A stretch of DNA of 64,000 nt from a bacterium (GCA_030648005.1 JAUSIP010000001.1:6662-70661); one strand, 5' to 3'. Counted from the stretch's first letter, positions 20,993 through 29,955 are shown. The notes: generated by a model from the letters alone, not told the origin. A program made the numbers and translations.

Positions 20993-22413
20993 TGTCCTAT
21001 GCAAGGCACACCTCCTTCGTCCAGTATCACCTTGATCGGCCATTCAGCGATCTTGTGCAGAGCCGTCTGATCTTCGTAACCTTCGAAAAGCCAACGAGTG
21101 AAGTAGCCGATGCCGTCTGCGTATCGATGCTCCTTGATCGCATCCTTGATCGCCGTGCCGGCATTGCCAAAACAGGGCGTGCCTTCTTTATTGATATGAG
21201 GATGAGGAACTCCTTCCGGATGAAACCGATCGAGACTCCAGATATAGAAGTCGCCGTTTCTATGGATTGCGAAAGCGAACCTGCCAAGCTGATGAGTATT
21301 GCCCGCATTAGTAATGTCAGCTCCGATAGTAGTAACGCGGATCATATCTTCAGCAAGCGATAGTTCCGATACATATGGATTCGAACGGATCCTGCGCCAC
21401 TGCCCCTTGAGAGATCTGAACAATTCATCTTTGGGCAGGGCATTGCTTACTGTCTTACTCAAGCGCTGAAGATTGAAACATTCACGCTCATTGATAGCCA
21501 GAGTCATCCTCAGATCTTCAATCTCTTGTTGTATCTTCTGCACCTCTCTGTCTATGCCGCCACTGACGGTGCTTATCCATTTTGTTGTAACGTCGACAAA
21601 CCTCTTGCGATTCAGACGGAGCATTTTGTCAGATGGCTTAGCTCCACCTTGCAGAGCCTGATAACGGCGTAGGGTCACAGCCAGAGCATTATCCAAAATT
21701 TTCAAACTAGTAAGAGAATTGAAAAATTCAACCACGCAAAACAGAAAATACCAGTTATTGCCAACTATCTGCGCAAGATCGTTCTCCCCGTCGCCGACGA
21801 ACTCCCCTCTTCCGGGAGTACCGGAGAAGGTCAGAACACCGTTGCCTTCTTTGGTATCCAACTGAAGGTCGAAGGCGCGGCGTAGATACTTGCTCTTTGA
21901 ATATCCGGGCGAATAGCTCCAAGGGAAAATATTGATCAGATTAGGCTTGTCGGGTAGCGGAGGCCTACCTATATCGCGTTTCTCGGCGTAAAAATCTATG
22001 TCCAATCCTCCGGCAAGCCTAGAGAAATTCTCTAAGATAATTCTGATGCTGGAATAGGGAGCTTCTTCGATCGTCTTCTTATCGTCTTCCTTCTCTGACA
22101 AGGGGATGATCCTGATATTTCCGGTCTTGATCCCAACGTACGGAACAGTGCGATTGCCCCACTTGGCATTCTTGGCATTAATGACATTTGGGTAAGGAGC
22201 TTGCCCGATACCGACAATCAGAAGAACGTCAATGAAGGTCATCCTCGCTTCCGCCACATTCGCGCACTGGAAGATGTAAGCATCGAGCTCGTATGGCCCT
22301 ACTCGTACTGTCCGCCTCTTGAAAGGGATCCCCTTCTTTGTGAACTCTTGAGTATGAGGCTCAGCCACGAGAGCCGGCAAGGCGAAAATAGGTGTTTTCA
22401 GTCCGGGAACCAT
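20989..22413 (-). CDS. Large protein with a coiled coil and a C-terminal E2/UBC-like domain
   Basis: PHPHINKEGTPCFGN resembles the UBC HPNI..G.IC motif; heptad segment DREVQKIQQEIEDLRMTL; GGAGG SD. Confidence 0.7.
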   Translation of the reverse strand: MVPGLKTPIFALPALVAEPHTQEFTKKGIPFKRRTVRVGPYELDAYIFQCANVAEARMTFIDVLLIVGIGQAPYPNVINAKNAKWGNRTVPYVGIKTGNIRIIPLSEKEDDKKTIEEAPYSSIRIILENFSRLAGGLDIDFYAEKRDIGRPPLPDKPNLINIFPWSYSPGYSKSKYLRRAFDLQLDTKEGNGVLTFSGTPGRGEFVGDGENDLAQIVGNNWYFLFCVVEFFNSLTSLKILDNALAVTLRRYQALQGGAKPSDKMLRLNRKRFVDVTTKWISTVSGGIDREVQKIQQEIEDLRMTLAINERECFNLQRLSKTVSNALPKDELFRSLKGQWRRIRSNPYVSELSLAEDMIRVTTIGADITNAGNTHQLGRFAFAIHRNGDFYIWSLDRFHPEGVPHPHINKEGTPCFGNAGTAIKDAIKEHRYADGIGYFTRWLFEGYEDQTALHKIAEWPIKVILDEGGVPCIGQ

Positions 22414-22527
22414 CTCTGCCTCCTTTGGCCCTCCGTAGCTTTATGCGTAGGGGGCCTTTATTTCGTACAGTGTCAAGGAGCACTCAAACCGATGAGATAA
22501 TATCAGGAATAATTGATTTAGTCAATG

Positions 22528-22614
22528 CGGAGGTGGGAGGATTTGAACCTCCGATACCCTTTCGGGTATGCCAGTTTTCGAAACTGGTGATTTCAACCAC
22601 TCACCCACACCTCC
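22528..22614 (-). tRNA. tRNA-Ser(CGA)
   Basis: Cloverleaf with long variable arm; anticodon arm CCAGT-TTCGAAA-ACTGG; GGTTCAAATCC. Confidence 0.95.
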
Positions 22615-22685
22615 AAGTTTAAGCGTTTAAATACTAACAGCATTTTGCATTTTTGACAAAATTTAGTATTATAACGAAACCTAAC

Positions 22686-22793
22686 GGCCCTATCGTTCCC
22701 GATTTTATTACGATTTCGTTACAGCGAAATCTCCATAAAATCGAGGATCCTCGACCCTGTGGGGTCGGGACTATCGGTTAGGACACGGCCTTT
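22686..22793 (+). pseudogene. tRNA-Glu 5'-half copy interrupted by a 74-nt twin-hairpin insertion (22697-22770)
   Basis: GGCCCTATCGT + insert + CTATCGGTTAGGACACGGCCTTT matches 22931-22964. Confidence 0.85.
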
Positions 22794-22930
22794 GAGAGGT
22801 GAGGATGGGGTAAGGGGTCCCATCCGCAAGACCTTTTGAGGTAGTTTGCGAGCTAGTGAAGCAAAATATCCAAAAGGTGTACTGCTCCCGTAGGGAGGGA
22901 AACGCAGTGAGGCATTTTAAAAAACTATAC

Positions 22931-23002
22931 GGCCCTATCGTCTATCGGTTAGGACACGGCCTTTTCAAGGCTGGAAGCAGAGTTCGACTCTCTGTAGGGT
23001 CA
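22931..23002 (+). tRNA. tRNA-Glu(TTC)
   Basis: Anticodon arm CGGCC-TTTTCAA-GGCTG; T-arm CAGAG-TTCGACT-CTCTG; no encoded CCA. Confidence 0.93.
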
Positions 23003-23022
23003 TTGCGAAGCAAGGAGACTAA

Positions 23023-23158
23023 GTGAATGAACTGCTTCATTCACGCCAGAGAGTCGAAGCCCGATTGAGATAGTTTATGATTCCGAGTTTATCGAGGAAG
23101 AAATAAAATATCCAATTGGGGTACTGTTCCTGTAAGGAACGACTCTCTGTAGGGTCAT
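23023..23158 (+). repeat. tRNA-anchored structured element after tRNA-Glu, ending in a 19-bp direct copy of the tRNA 3' end
   Basis: AACTGCTT hairpin 23023-23044; antisense T-arm 23047-23058; long hairpin; GTAC; TTCCT-GTA-AGGAA; 23140-23158 = 22985-23003. Confidence 0.85.
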
Positions 23159-23172
23159 CGCGAAATACCACC

Positions 23173-24039
23173 ATGACTCATCAAATACTCTTATATTACA
23201 AATATATAAACATCGAGGACCCGGAAGCGCTGATGGCGTGGCAGAAGAAGCTGTGTGAAGAACTTACTCTAAAGGGTAGAATTATAATCGCCAAAGAGGG
23301 AATCAATGGCACGGTCGAAGGCACTAGAGAGAATACTGAAAGGTATATAGAAGCGATGAAGGCTGATCCCCTCTTTGCTGACGTTCACTGGAAGATAAGT
23401 GCGAGTGACGGATTGGCCTTTCCTAAACTATCTATCAAGGTCCGATCAGAGATAGTGAGCGCACATCTTGATGGCGAAGATGTGAATCCGACAGAAGTTA
23501 CCGGCAGACATTTGAATCCTGAAGAACTTCACGAACTTTTAAAAAGCGGCGAGGAAGTTTATGTCGTCGACATGAGGAATGACTATGAACACAGAGTCGG
23601 GCACTTTAAGAATTCAATACTTCCTCCATTAACCAACTTCCGAGATCTGCCGAAAATAATTCCGGAGCTTGAATATTTGAAAGACAAAAAGGTTGTGACA
23701 GTCTGTACTGGCGGCGTGCGGTGTGAGAAAGCTTCCGGCTATCTAATCAAGAAAGGATTTAAAGATGTCAGTCAGTTGAACGGCGGGATTGTATCGTACA
23801 TGGAGAAGTTCCCTAACCAATATTTCAAAGGTAAATTATATGTCTTTGATGGCCGAGTCACGATGGGCTTCGACACCGATAGTCCAGCACACGAAATAAT
23901 CGGACAATGTGATAAGTGTAATAAGCAAAGTGAGAATTACATAAACTGCAACAACAATCTCTGCCATCGCCATTTCATCTGCTGTGTAAACTGCATAGAA
24001 ACAAGCGGAGCCTTCTGCGGGGATCAGTGCAGAAATTGA
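23173..24039 (+). CDS. trhO: tRNA uridine(34) hydroxylase, rhodanese-related (UPF0176/TrhO)
   Basis: LLYYKY, EGINGT, DMRNDYE..GHF, CTGGVRCEKA, GKLYVFDGR; start at MTHQ. Confidence 0.9.
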   Translation: MTHQILLYYKYINIEDPEALMAWQKKLCEELTLKGRIIIAKEGINGTVEGTRENTERYIEAMKADPLFADVHWKISASDGLAFPKLSIKVRSEIVSAHLDGEDVNPTEVTGRHLNPEELHELLKSGEEVYVVDMRNDYEHRVGHFKNSILPPLTNFRDLPKIIPELEYLKDKKVVTVCTGGVRCEKASGYLIKKGFKDVSQLNGGIVSYMEKFPNQYFKGKLYVFDGRVTMGFDTDSPAHEIIGQCDKCNKQSENYINCNNNLCHRHFICCVNCIETSGAFCGDQCRN

Positions 24040-24155
24040 TCCTTGAAATAACCAAAATCTTCTGTTATAACTTACTCTAAGTCCCCCTTCGCGTAAAACT
24101 TCAGCGGGACGCTAAATTCTATAATTACTCATTGAAATTCGTAAATAGAATTTGC

Positions 24156-24229
24156 GCGCGTGTAGCTCAGGTGGTTAGAGCGTTACATTGACATTGTAAA
24201 GGCCCCTGGTTCGAGTCCAGGCATGCGCA
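24156..24229 (+). tRNA. tRNA-Val(GAC)
   Basis: Anticodon arm TTACA-TTGACAT-TGTAA; CCTGG-TTCGAGT-CCAGG. Confidence 0.93.
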
Positions 24230-24249
24230 CAACGAACGAAGTGAGGCGG

Positions 24250-24366
24250 GCACATGCCTGGACTCGAACCTCGAAAGGGGCCGGGAAAACTGTAGTTTTC
24301 CCGTGGAGGAAGGATTGGGAAAACCGTGGGTTTCCCAGTGTGTGAGTACTCCAGGCATGCGCACCA
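24250..24366 (+). repeat. tRNA-anchored element after tRNA-Val (inverted plus direct 3'-end copies)
   Basis: 24253-24270 is the reverse complement of 24208-24225; 24350-24366 TCCAGGCATGCGCACCA is a direct copy carrying CCA. Confidence 0.8.
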
Positions 24367-24374
24367 GAATAATC

Positions 24375-25571
24375 ATGAGGATATTAAGTATAGAAACAAG
24401 TTGTGATGAGACAGCCATAAGTGTGGTGGAGGCTAGGGGGACGTTAAAATCCCCCTCTTTCAAATTGCTCTCAGGGATTGTCCATTCGCAAGCCGATCTA
24501 CATGCAAAGTGGCAAGGTGTTGTGCCGACCATAGCCAAGAGAGAGCATGCTAAGAACCTGGTGCCGGTTTTAGAACGGGCATTAAAAGAATCCGGGCTTT
24601 TAGAAAATTCAAAAGTACCTGTCCGGTCAGGAAAAATTCAAAATTCAAAACTAGATTTAAAAATAAAAAAAATATTAGAGAGAGAAGAGGGACTTGCAGA
24701 AAGCTTTTTAAATTTTGTGCCTAATATTGAAATTCCGAAGATCGATGCCGTAGCCGTCACCTACGGCCCAGGACTTGAACCAGCTCTATGGACGGGTATT
24801 AACTTTGCGAAAGCGCTATCTGCATATTGGAAGAAACCAGTTGTGCCTGTGAACCACATGGAAGGTCACACACTCTCTGCTCTTCTACCGGGAGCTGTCG
24901 TTGGTGTGGAGGAAAATATTAAACTCAAGATGCCTGTTCTGGCTCTACTTATCAGTGGTGGCCACACTGAACTTGTTTTAATAAAAGACTGGCAGAATTA
25001 TAAGGTTGTCGGACACACCAGAGATGATGCCGTCGGTGAAGCGTTCGATAAAGTAGCAAGAATGCTTGGACTTCCCTATCCAGGTGGCCCACAGATCTCT
25101 AAGATGGCGGAGGGTTATCGAGGTAAAAAAACGATCAAGCTCCCACGCCCTATGATCCACTCTGATGACTTAGATTTTTCTTTTTCAGGATTAAAAACTT
25201 CTGTACTTTATAAAATCAAAGAACTCGGCGAACTATCTCCTGACTTAAAAGCTGAGCTCGCTCACGAATTCGAAGAAGCTGTCGTTGAGGTACTGGTAAG
25301 CAAAACAAAAAAAGCACTAGAGAAATTTGGCGTTAAAACCTTAATCGTCGGCGGAGGGGTTATTTCGAATAAAAAAATACGCCAGGCTTTTCAACAGCTT
25401 ACAAAAGAAAATTTCAAAGATGTGCAACTCCTGATCCCACACCAATCCCTATGTGGAGACAACGCCACTATGATCGGCATGGCTGGATACATGCGTTTGC
25501 TTAGCTATAAATCTAAAAAAACTAGTCCCCAGAAAAATTTCAAGGCTAAGGGCAATCTTGTGCTAAAATAG
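24375..25571 (+). CDS. tsaD: tRNA threonylcarbamoyltransferase TsaD
   Basis: ILSIETSCDET, NHMEGH, SGGHT, DDAVGEAFDK, FSFSGLKT, DNATMI. Confidence 0.97.
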   Translation: MRILSIETSCDETAISVVEARGTLKSPSFKLLSGIVHSQADLHAKWQGVVPTIAKREHAKNLVPVLERALKESGLLENSKVPVRSGKIQNSKLDLKIKKILEREEGLAESFLNFVPNIEIPKIDAVAVTYGPGLEPALWTGINFAKALSAYWKKPVVPVNHMEGHTLSALLPGAVVGVEENIKLKMPVLALLISGGHTELVLIKDWQNYKVVGHTRDDAVGEAFDKVARMLGLPYPGGPQISKMAEGYRGKKTIKLPRPMIHSDDLDFSFSGLKTSVLYKIKELGELSPDLKAELAHEFEEAVVEVLVSKTKKALEKFGVKTLIVGGGVISNKKIRQAFQQLTKENFKDVQLLIPHQSLCGDNATMIGMAGYMRLLSYKSKKTSPQKNFKAKGNLVLK

Positions 25572-25614
25572 ATTCGGACTCAATAAGCTCTTTCAAAAAA
25601 AAGGGGGGGTCAGA

Positions 25615-26145
25615 GTGCGATATATTCTTACTCTACTCTACTTGCTTTGTATTATGACCGCCAATCCTGCGCTTTCTCAGACAATCAAAAACGGTGAGAT
25701 CATTATCACCGGCAACGAACCCGAACTCAGGGCTAAGGTACCACAATGGATCAAAGATTTCCGTAAGGAAGTTAAGAAATATGATCTTGATCCGAAACAG
25801 CCATCTCTAAATGTACTACGCCAAACTGGCCGGGGCAACTGCGAAGCCTTTGCAAAACTTGGTGCCTTGTACGCCATCCACTCCGGATACAGTTGTGAAT
25901 TCGTCATTATCGCCAATGGCAATGATGGACACATATTCTTGTATGTACGATGTGGAGATGACTATTGGAGCATATCCAACAGAGTCTATTACCATGTCGG
26001 ATCGATCGACGATGCAAAATGTCAGATGGGAGCTGTCGGACATAGATTCATAATGAAAATACCAGCAACACTTTCTGGTCTCAACTGGGAGTATCGTGAC
26101 CTGGTTTATAATAATAGCGCCATCCTGCAAGACCCGCTCAAATGA
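25615..26145 (+). CDS. Exported transglutaminase/Cys-protease-like protein
   Basis: Signal peptide; GNCEAFA and GHIFLYV motifs; terminator ~26130-26167. Confidence 0.55.
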   Translation: MRYILTLLYLLCIMTANPALSQTIKNGEIIITGNEPELRAKVPQWIKDFRKEVKKYDLDPKQPSLNVLRQTGRGNCEAFAKLGALYAIHSGYSCEFVIIANGNDGHIFLYVRCGDDYWSISNRVYYHVGSIDDAKCQMGAVGHRFIMKIPATLSGLNWEYRDLVYNNSAILQDPLK

Positions 26146-26255
26146 TAATTTATGAGCGGGTCTTTTTCATTTTTTATAAAAAAATGATCCTGCGTAGCTT
26201 TAGCGAAGCGAGATTAAATATTCCCGAAATCAAATAATTTTGCTAGAATATCAGC

Positions 26256-28424
26256 ATGGAAGACAAACTATCTAAACCTTATAACCCGGCCGAGACGGAA
26301 GCTAGAATATATAAGAAGTGGGAGGATTCCGGCTATTTTAATCCGGATGTCTGTATAGAGAAAGGGGTTACAGGAGCAACTGCGCCTACCTTCTCCGTGG
26401 TTTTACCTCCGCCCAACGTGACTGGCCGTCTTCACCTCGGACATGCGCTTGAACACAGCCTTCAAGACACCGCTGTACGCTTCGAGCGTATGCGGGGCAA
26501 GCGCACTGTATGGATACCCGGCACAGATCACGCCGCCATTGCAACACAGTCAAGATTTGAGAAAGAGTTACAAAAAGAATCTGGCAAATCTCGACACGAT
26601 TTCCCGCGAGACGAGTTCTTCAATATGATAAACGAATTCGGACTGAAAAATCAGCAGGATATGCTCGGGCAGATGCGACTACTCGGCTCATCTCTCGACT
26701 GGTCTCGTGAAGCATTCACCCTCGACAAAGAGCGTAGTCTTGCCGTGAGAACCGCCTTCAAAAAGATGTATGATGAAGGCCTGATATACCGGGGCTTCCG
26801 AGTTGTTAATTGGGACCCTAAGGGACAGACAACCATCGCCGATGACGAGATAGTTTACGAGGAGCGCGAAGCAAAACTTTATACTTTTAAATATTCAAAA
26901 GATTTTCCCATCTCAATATCCACCACTCGTCCCGAAACCAAAGTTGGAGATACTGCCGTAGCTGTAAACCCAAAAGATGCTAGATATCAAGAATATATTG
27001 GTAAGACATACGAAATAAAAGATTTCTGTGGAGTCTCACTCAACATAAAAATAGTCGCGGATGATTCAGTAGAGCCGGAATTCGGCACCGGAGCACTGGG
27101 AGTTACACCGGCACATAGTCAGATAGACGCTGATATGGCCACCCGACACGATCTGCCAACCGTACAAGTTATAAATGAATTTGCGAAAATGACCGTTGGC
27201 GACGAAAGGATTTTAGGTAAGAAAACTACCGAGGCCAGAGAGGCTATCGTCACGTGGCTTAGCGAACAAGGGTTACTGGAGAAAGAGGAAGTGATCAAGC
27301 AGAATGTATCAACAGCAGAGAGGACAGGTGGGATAGTAGAACCTCTTCCGAAGTTGCAGTGGTTTATAAACGTCAACAAAGCTATCCCTTCAAAAAACAA
27401 CAAAACTCTGAAGGAACTAATGAGGGGGCCTATTTCGTCCCGCGAAGTTACTATTCTTCCTGATCATTTTGAGAAGATCTACTTCAACTGGATAGATAAC
27501 CTGCGCGACTGGTGCATCTCAAGGCAGATTATATATGGACATCAAATTCCTGTCTGGTATAGGAACGACGAGATCTATTGTGGTATCGAAGCTCCGGAAG
27601 ACCCGGGTTTCAAACAGGATCCGGATACTCTTGATACATGGTTCTCATCCGGACTGTGGACTTTCAGCACCTTAGGCTGGCCGAAAAAAACGATCGACCT
27701 AGAGACTTACCACCCTACAACCTTTATGAATCCAGGCTACGAGATACTGTTCTTCTGGGTGGCCAGAATGGTTATGATGAGTGAATATCTCTTAGGCGTT
27801 ATCCCATTTAAAACAGTCTATCTTCATGGAATCGTGAGGGATGCCAAAGGTAAAAAATTCAGTAAGTCTGCTAAAAATGGGATTGAGCCTGAAGAGGTTA
27901 TCAAGCAATTCGGCACTGATGCACTTCGAATGTCTATGATCGTCGGTATAGGACCGGGCAACGATCTAAGTTTTGATATTCAAAAAGTGAAAGCCTATTC
28001 GAAATTTGCCAACAAACTTTGGAATATTACACGGTTCACCCTCGACAATACAAAGGATCTTGATCTAAACAAAAATAACACCCTAGTATCCGAAGATATC
28101 GCCATCTGGAAAAATGTAGAAGCTTTAATACAGAAAATAACTACTGACATGGAAAGTTATAAATTCTACCTCGCGGCAGAAGATCTGTATCACTATATAT
28201 GGCACGAATTTGCAGATAAGATAATTGAAGAAAGTAAGCTATTGCTTCAGGGTGTCGATATAGCGATATCCAATTCCAGAAAGAAGCTTTTGCGAGATAT
28301 ACTTGCAACCTCTCTAAAACTCCTACATCCCTTCATGCCGTTCATCACCGAGGAGCTCTGGAGTATTCTCCCACGAGGGCAGGGCGAGAGTGAAATATTA
28401 ATGATAGAAAAATGGCCACATTAG
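26256..28424 (+). CDS. valS: Valyl-tRNA synthetase (short form without the C-terminal coiled coil)
   Basis: PPPNVTGRLHLGH, DWCISRQ, DTWFSS, KFSKS; ends at EKWPH. Confidence 0.97.
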   Translation: MEDKLSKPYNPAETEARIYKKWEDSGYFNPDVCIEKGVTGATAPTFSVVLPPPNVTGRLHLGHALEHSLQDTAVRFERMRGKRTVWIPGTDHAAIATQSRFEKELQKESGKSRHDFPRDEFFNMINEFGLKNQQDMLGQMRLLGSSLDWSREAFTLDKERSLAVRTAFKKMYDEGLIYRGFRVVNWDPKGQTTIADDEIVYEEREAKLYTFKYSKDFPISISTTRPETKVGDTAVAVNPKDARYQEYIGKTYEIKDFCGVSLNIKIVADDSVEPEFGTGALGVTPAHSQIDADMATRHDLPTVQVINEFAKMTVGDERILGKKTTEAREAIVTWLSEQGLLEKEEVIKQNVSTAERTGGIVEPLPKLQWFINVNKAIPSKNNKTLKELMRGPISSREVTILPDHFEKIYFNWIDNLRDWCISRQIIYGHQIPVWYRNDEIYCGIEAPEDPGFKQDPDTLDTWFSSGLWTFSTLGWPKKTIDLETYHPTTFMNPGYEILFFWVARMVMMSEYLLGVIPFKTVYLHGIVRDAKGKKFSKSAKNGIEPEEVIKQFGTDALRMSMIVGIGPGNDLSFDIQKVKAYSKFANKLWNITRFTLDNTKDLDLNKNNTLVSEDIAIWKNVEALIQKITTDMESYKFYLAAEDLYHYIWHEFADKIIEESKLLLQGVDIAISNSRKKLLRDILATSLKLLHPFMPFITEELWSILPRGQGESEILMIEKWPH

Positions 28425-29119
28425 CCAGCCCCACTGCATTGTTCTTCTCTCTGATCGGCGGGATAATCCCTGCGATTCTTTGGCTATGGTTCTGGCTACG
28501 CGAAGACAACAAGCATCCGGAACCGGCAAGAATGATCGTCGGAACCTTTCTTGCTGGTATCTTAAGTATAATACCCACATATTTCGCCGAATCTTATATT
28601 GCAGGCCATGTCGTGGACTCAGTAACAATTCTGATAATCTGGGCGCTCATTGAGGAAACTATGAAGTTCTCTGCGGCTTACCTCGGAGCTCTGCGTACAA
28701 AATTTTATGATGAGCCATTAGATGCGCCGATCTATATGATAACTGCGGCACTCGGTTTTGCCGCCGCTGAGAATTTTCTTTTTATTATAAACTCGCAAGA
28801 CAAACTATCATCTTTACTGACCGGCAGTATGCGTTTTGTTGGGGCAAGCCTACTTCACACGCTAGCATCTGCACTAATAGGCTGTATGATGGCGATGGCA
28901 TTTAAAAGAGGCTATTTCGCCAAGTTTATAGCTATTGTGATGGGGTTATTAACAGCTACAGTCTTGCACACATCCTTTAATGTATTTATAATTAAGAGTA
29001 ACGGCGGGAGTATTTCAATTGTATTTCTAACTCTCTGGCTGGCTATAATATTTCTACTGCTCTTCTTTGAGAAGCTTCGCATAGAAGATACTTACAACGA
29101 TCCCAATCAAATCGAATAA
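28412..29119 (+). CDS. PrsW-family intramembrane glutamic protease
   Basis: PEP, EETMK, ALGFAAAEN, LLH..., LHTSFN; multiple TM helices. Confidence 0.88.
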   Translation: MATLASPTALFFSLIGGIIPAILWLWFWLREDNKHPEPARMIVGTFLAGILSIIPTYFAESYIAGHVVDSVTILIIWALIEETMKFSAAYLGALRTKFYDEPLDAPIYMITAALGFAAAENFLFIINSQDKLSSLLTGSMRFVGASLLHTLASALIGCMMAMAFKRGYFAKFIAIVMGLLTATVLHTSFNVFIIKSNGGSISIVFLTLWLAIIFLLLFFEKLRIEDTYNDPNQIE

Positions 29120-29128
29120 AACATAAAT

Positions 29129-29581
29129 ATGATGAGAAAAGAAAAGAGGTCATTTTTCGAGCGTATAACCGGCAGTATACGGCGGGCAAGCAGTACTGAA
29201 GAAGAACCGGATACTCAAGAAAAAAGCTGGGGTGATGATAGCGCTGAAGGGGCGCAATTGGCCGTAGATGTATATCAGACTCCAAGCGAAATAATAGTCA
29301 TGGCCATGATCGCCGGCGTTAAACCCGACGACTTAGATGTTAACATCACCAGAGAGATGGTTGTTATCAAGGCCAAAAGAGAGGAGCCTGAGTCTCCAGA
29401 GAAAGAGCGGTATGTGCATAAGGAGCTATATTGGGGGCCATTTGATAGAACCATCGTCCTGCCTGATGAAGTTGACGCTGATCACTCTGAAGCCATAGAG
29501 AAGCACGGTCTGCTAATAATCAGAATGCCAAAGTTTAACAAAAACCACTCCAAGACGCTTAAAATCAAGTCGCTAGGGTAA
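29129..29581 (+). CDS. Hsp20/alpha-crystallin small heat-shock protein
   Basis: VDVYQT, ELYWGPFDRTIVLP, HGLLIIRMPK. Confidence 0.9.
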   Translation: MMRKEKRSFFERITGSIRRASSTEEEPDTQEKSWGDDSAEGAQLAVDVYQTPSEIIVMAMIAGVKPDDLDVNITREMVVIKAKREEPESPEKERYVHKELYWGPFDRTIVLPDEVDADHSEAIEKHGLLIIRMPKFNKNHSKTLKIKSLG

Positions 29582-29622
29582 TAATTGCCTCAATAGCCTT
29601 TTTTTGCTAGTATCTTAGCTAT

Positions 29623-29698
29623 GCCGAGGTAGCTCAGTTGGTAGAGCATATGCCTGAAGAGCATGGGGTCGGCGGTTCAAATCCGCCCCTCGGCACCA
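29623..29698 (+). tRNA. tRNA-Phe(GAA)
   Basis: Anticodon loop CTGAAGA; GGCGG-TTCAAAT-CCGCC; encoded CCA. Confidence 0.95.
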
Positions 29699-29726
29699 AA
29701 AAAATCCCCATAAGGGGATTTTTACT

Positions 29727-29955
29727 TGCCGAGGGAGAACGCCAACTGCTTGGCGTTCGTGCGGATTTGAAAGCCACAGCCATGTCCCATGGGGACAGGC
29801 GAGGCGGGGTCGAGAGTACTTAGTCCGCGCAATTTCGCTTTAGCGAAATGAGCAGACTTAGTAACTCGTGACCTAATCCCCCGAAGCTTGGTAAGGACAA
29901 TTTATTTGGAATTAAAATCGGCATAATTAAACAACCGGTTGTTCCCTCGGCACCA
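29727..29955 (+). repeat. tRNA-anchored element after tRNA-Phe
   Basis: Antisense acceptor 29727-29735; AACTGCTT hairpin 29737-29758; antisense T-arm 29761-29771; direct CCCTCGGCACCA at 29944-29955. Confidence 0.8.

Noticed and set aside
22697-22770. Possible tRNA intron in tRNA-Glu
   Set aside because: Removing it yields only a 5' half, there is no group I core, and an intact copy follows
26256-28424. ValRS truncation as a pseudogene
   Set aside because: All catalytic motifs are intact and the stop overlaps the next gene's start; short ValRS forms without the coiled coil are known
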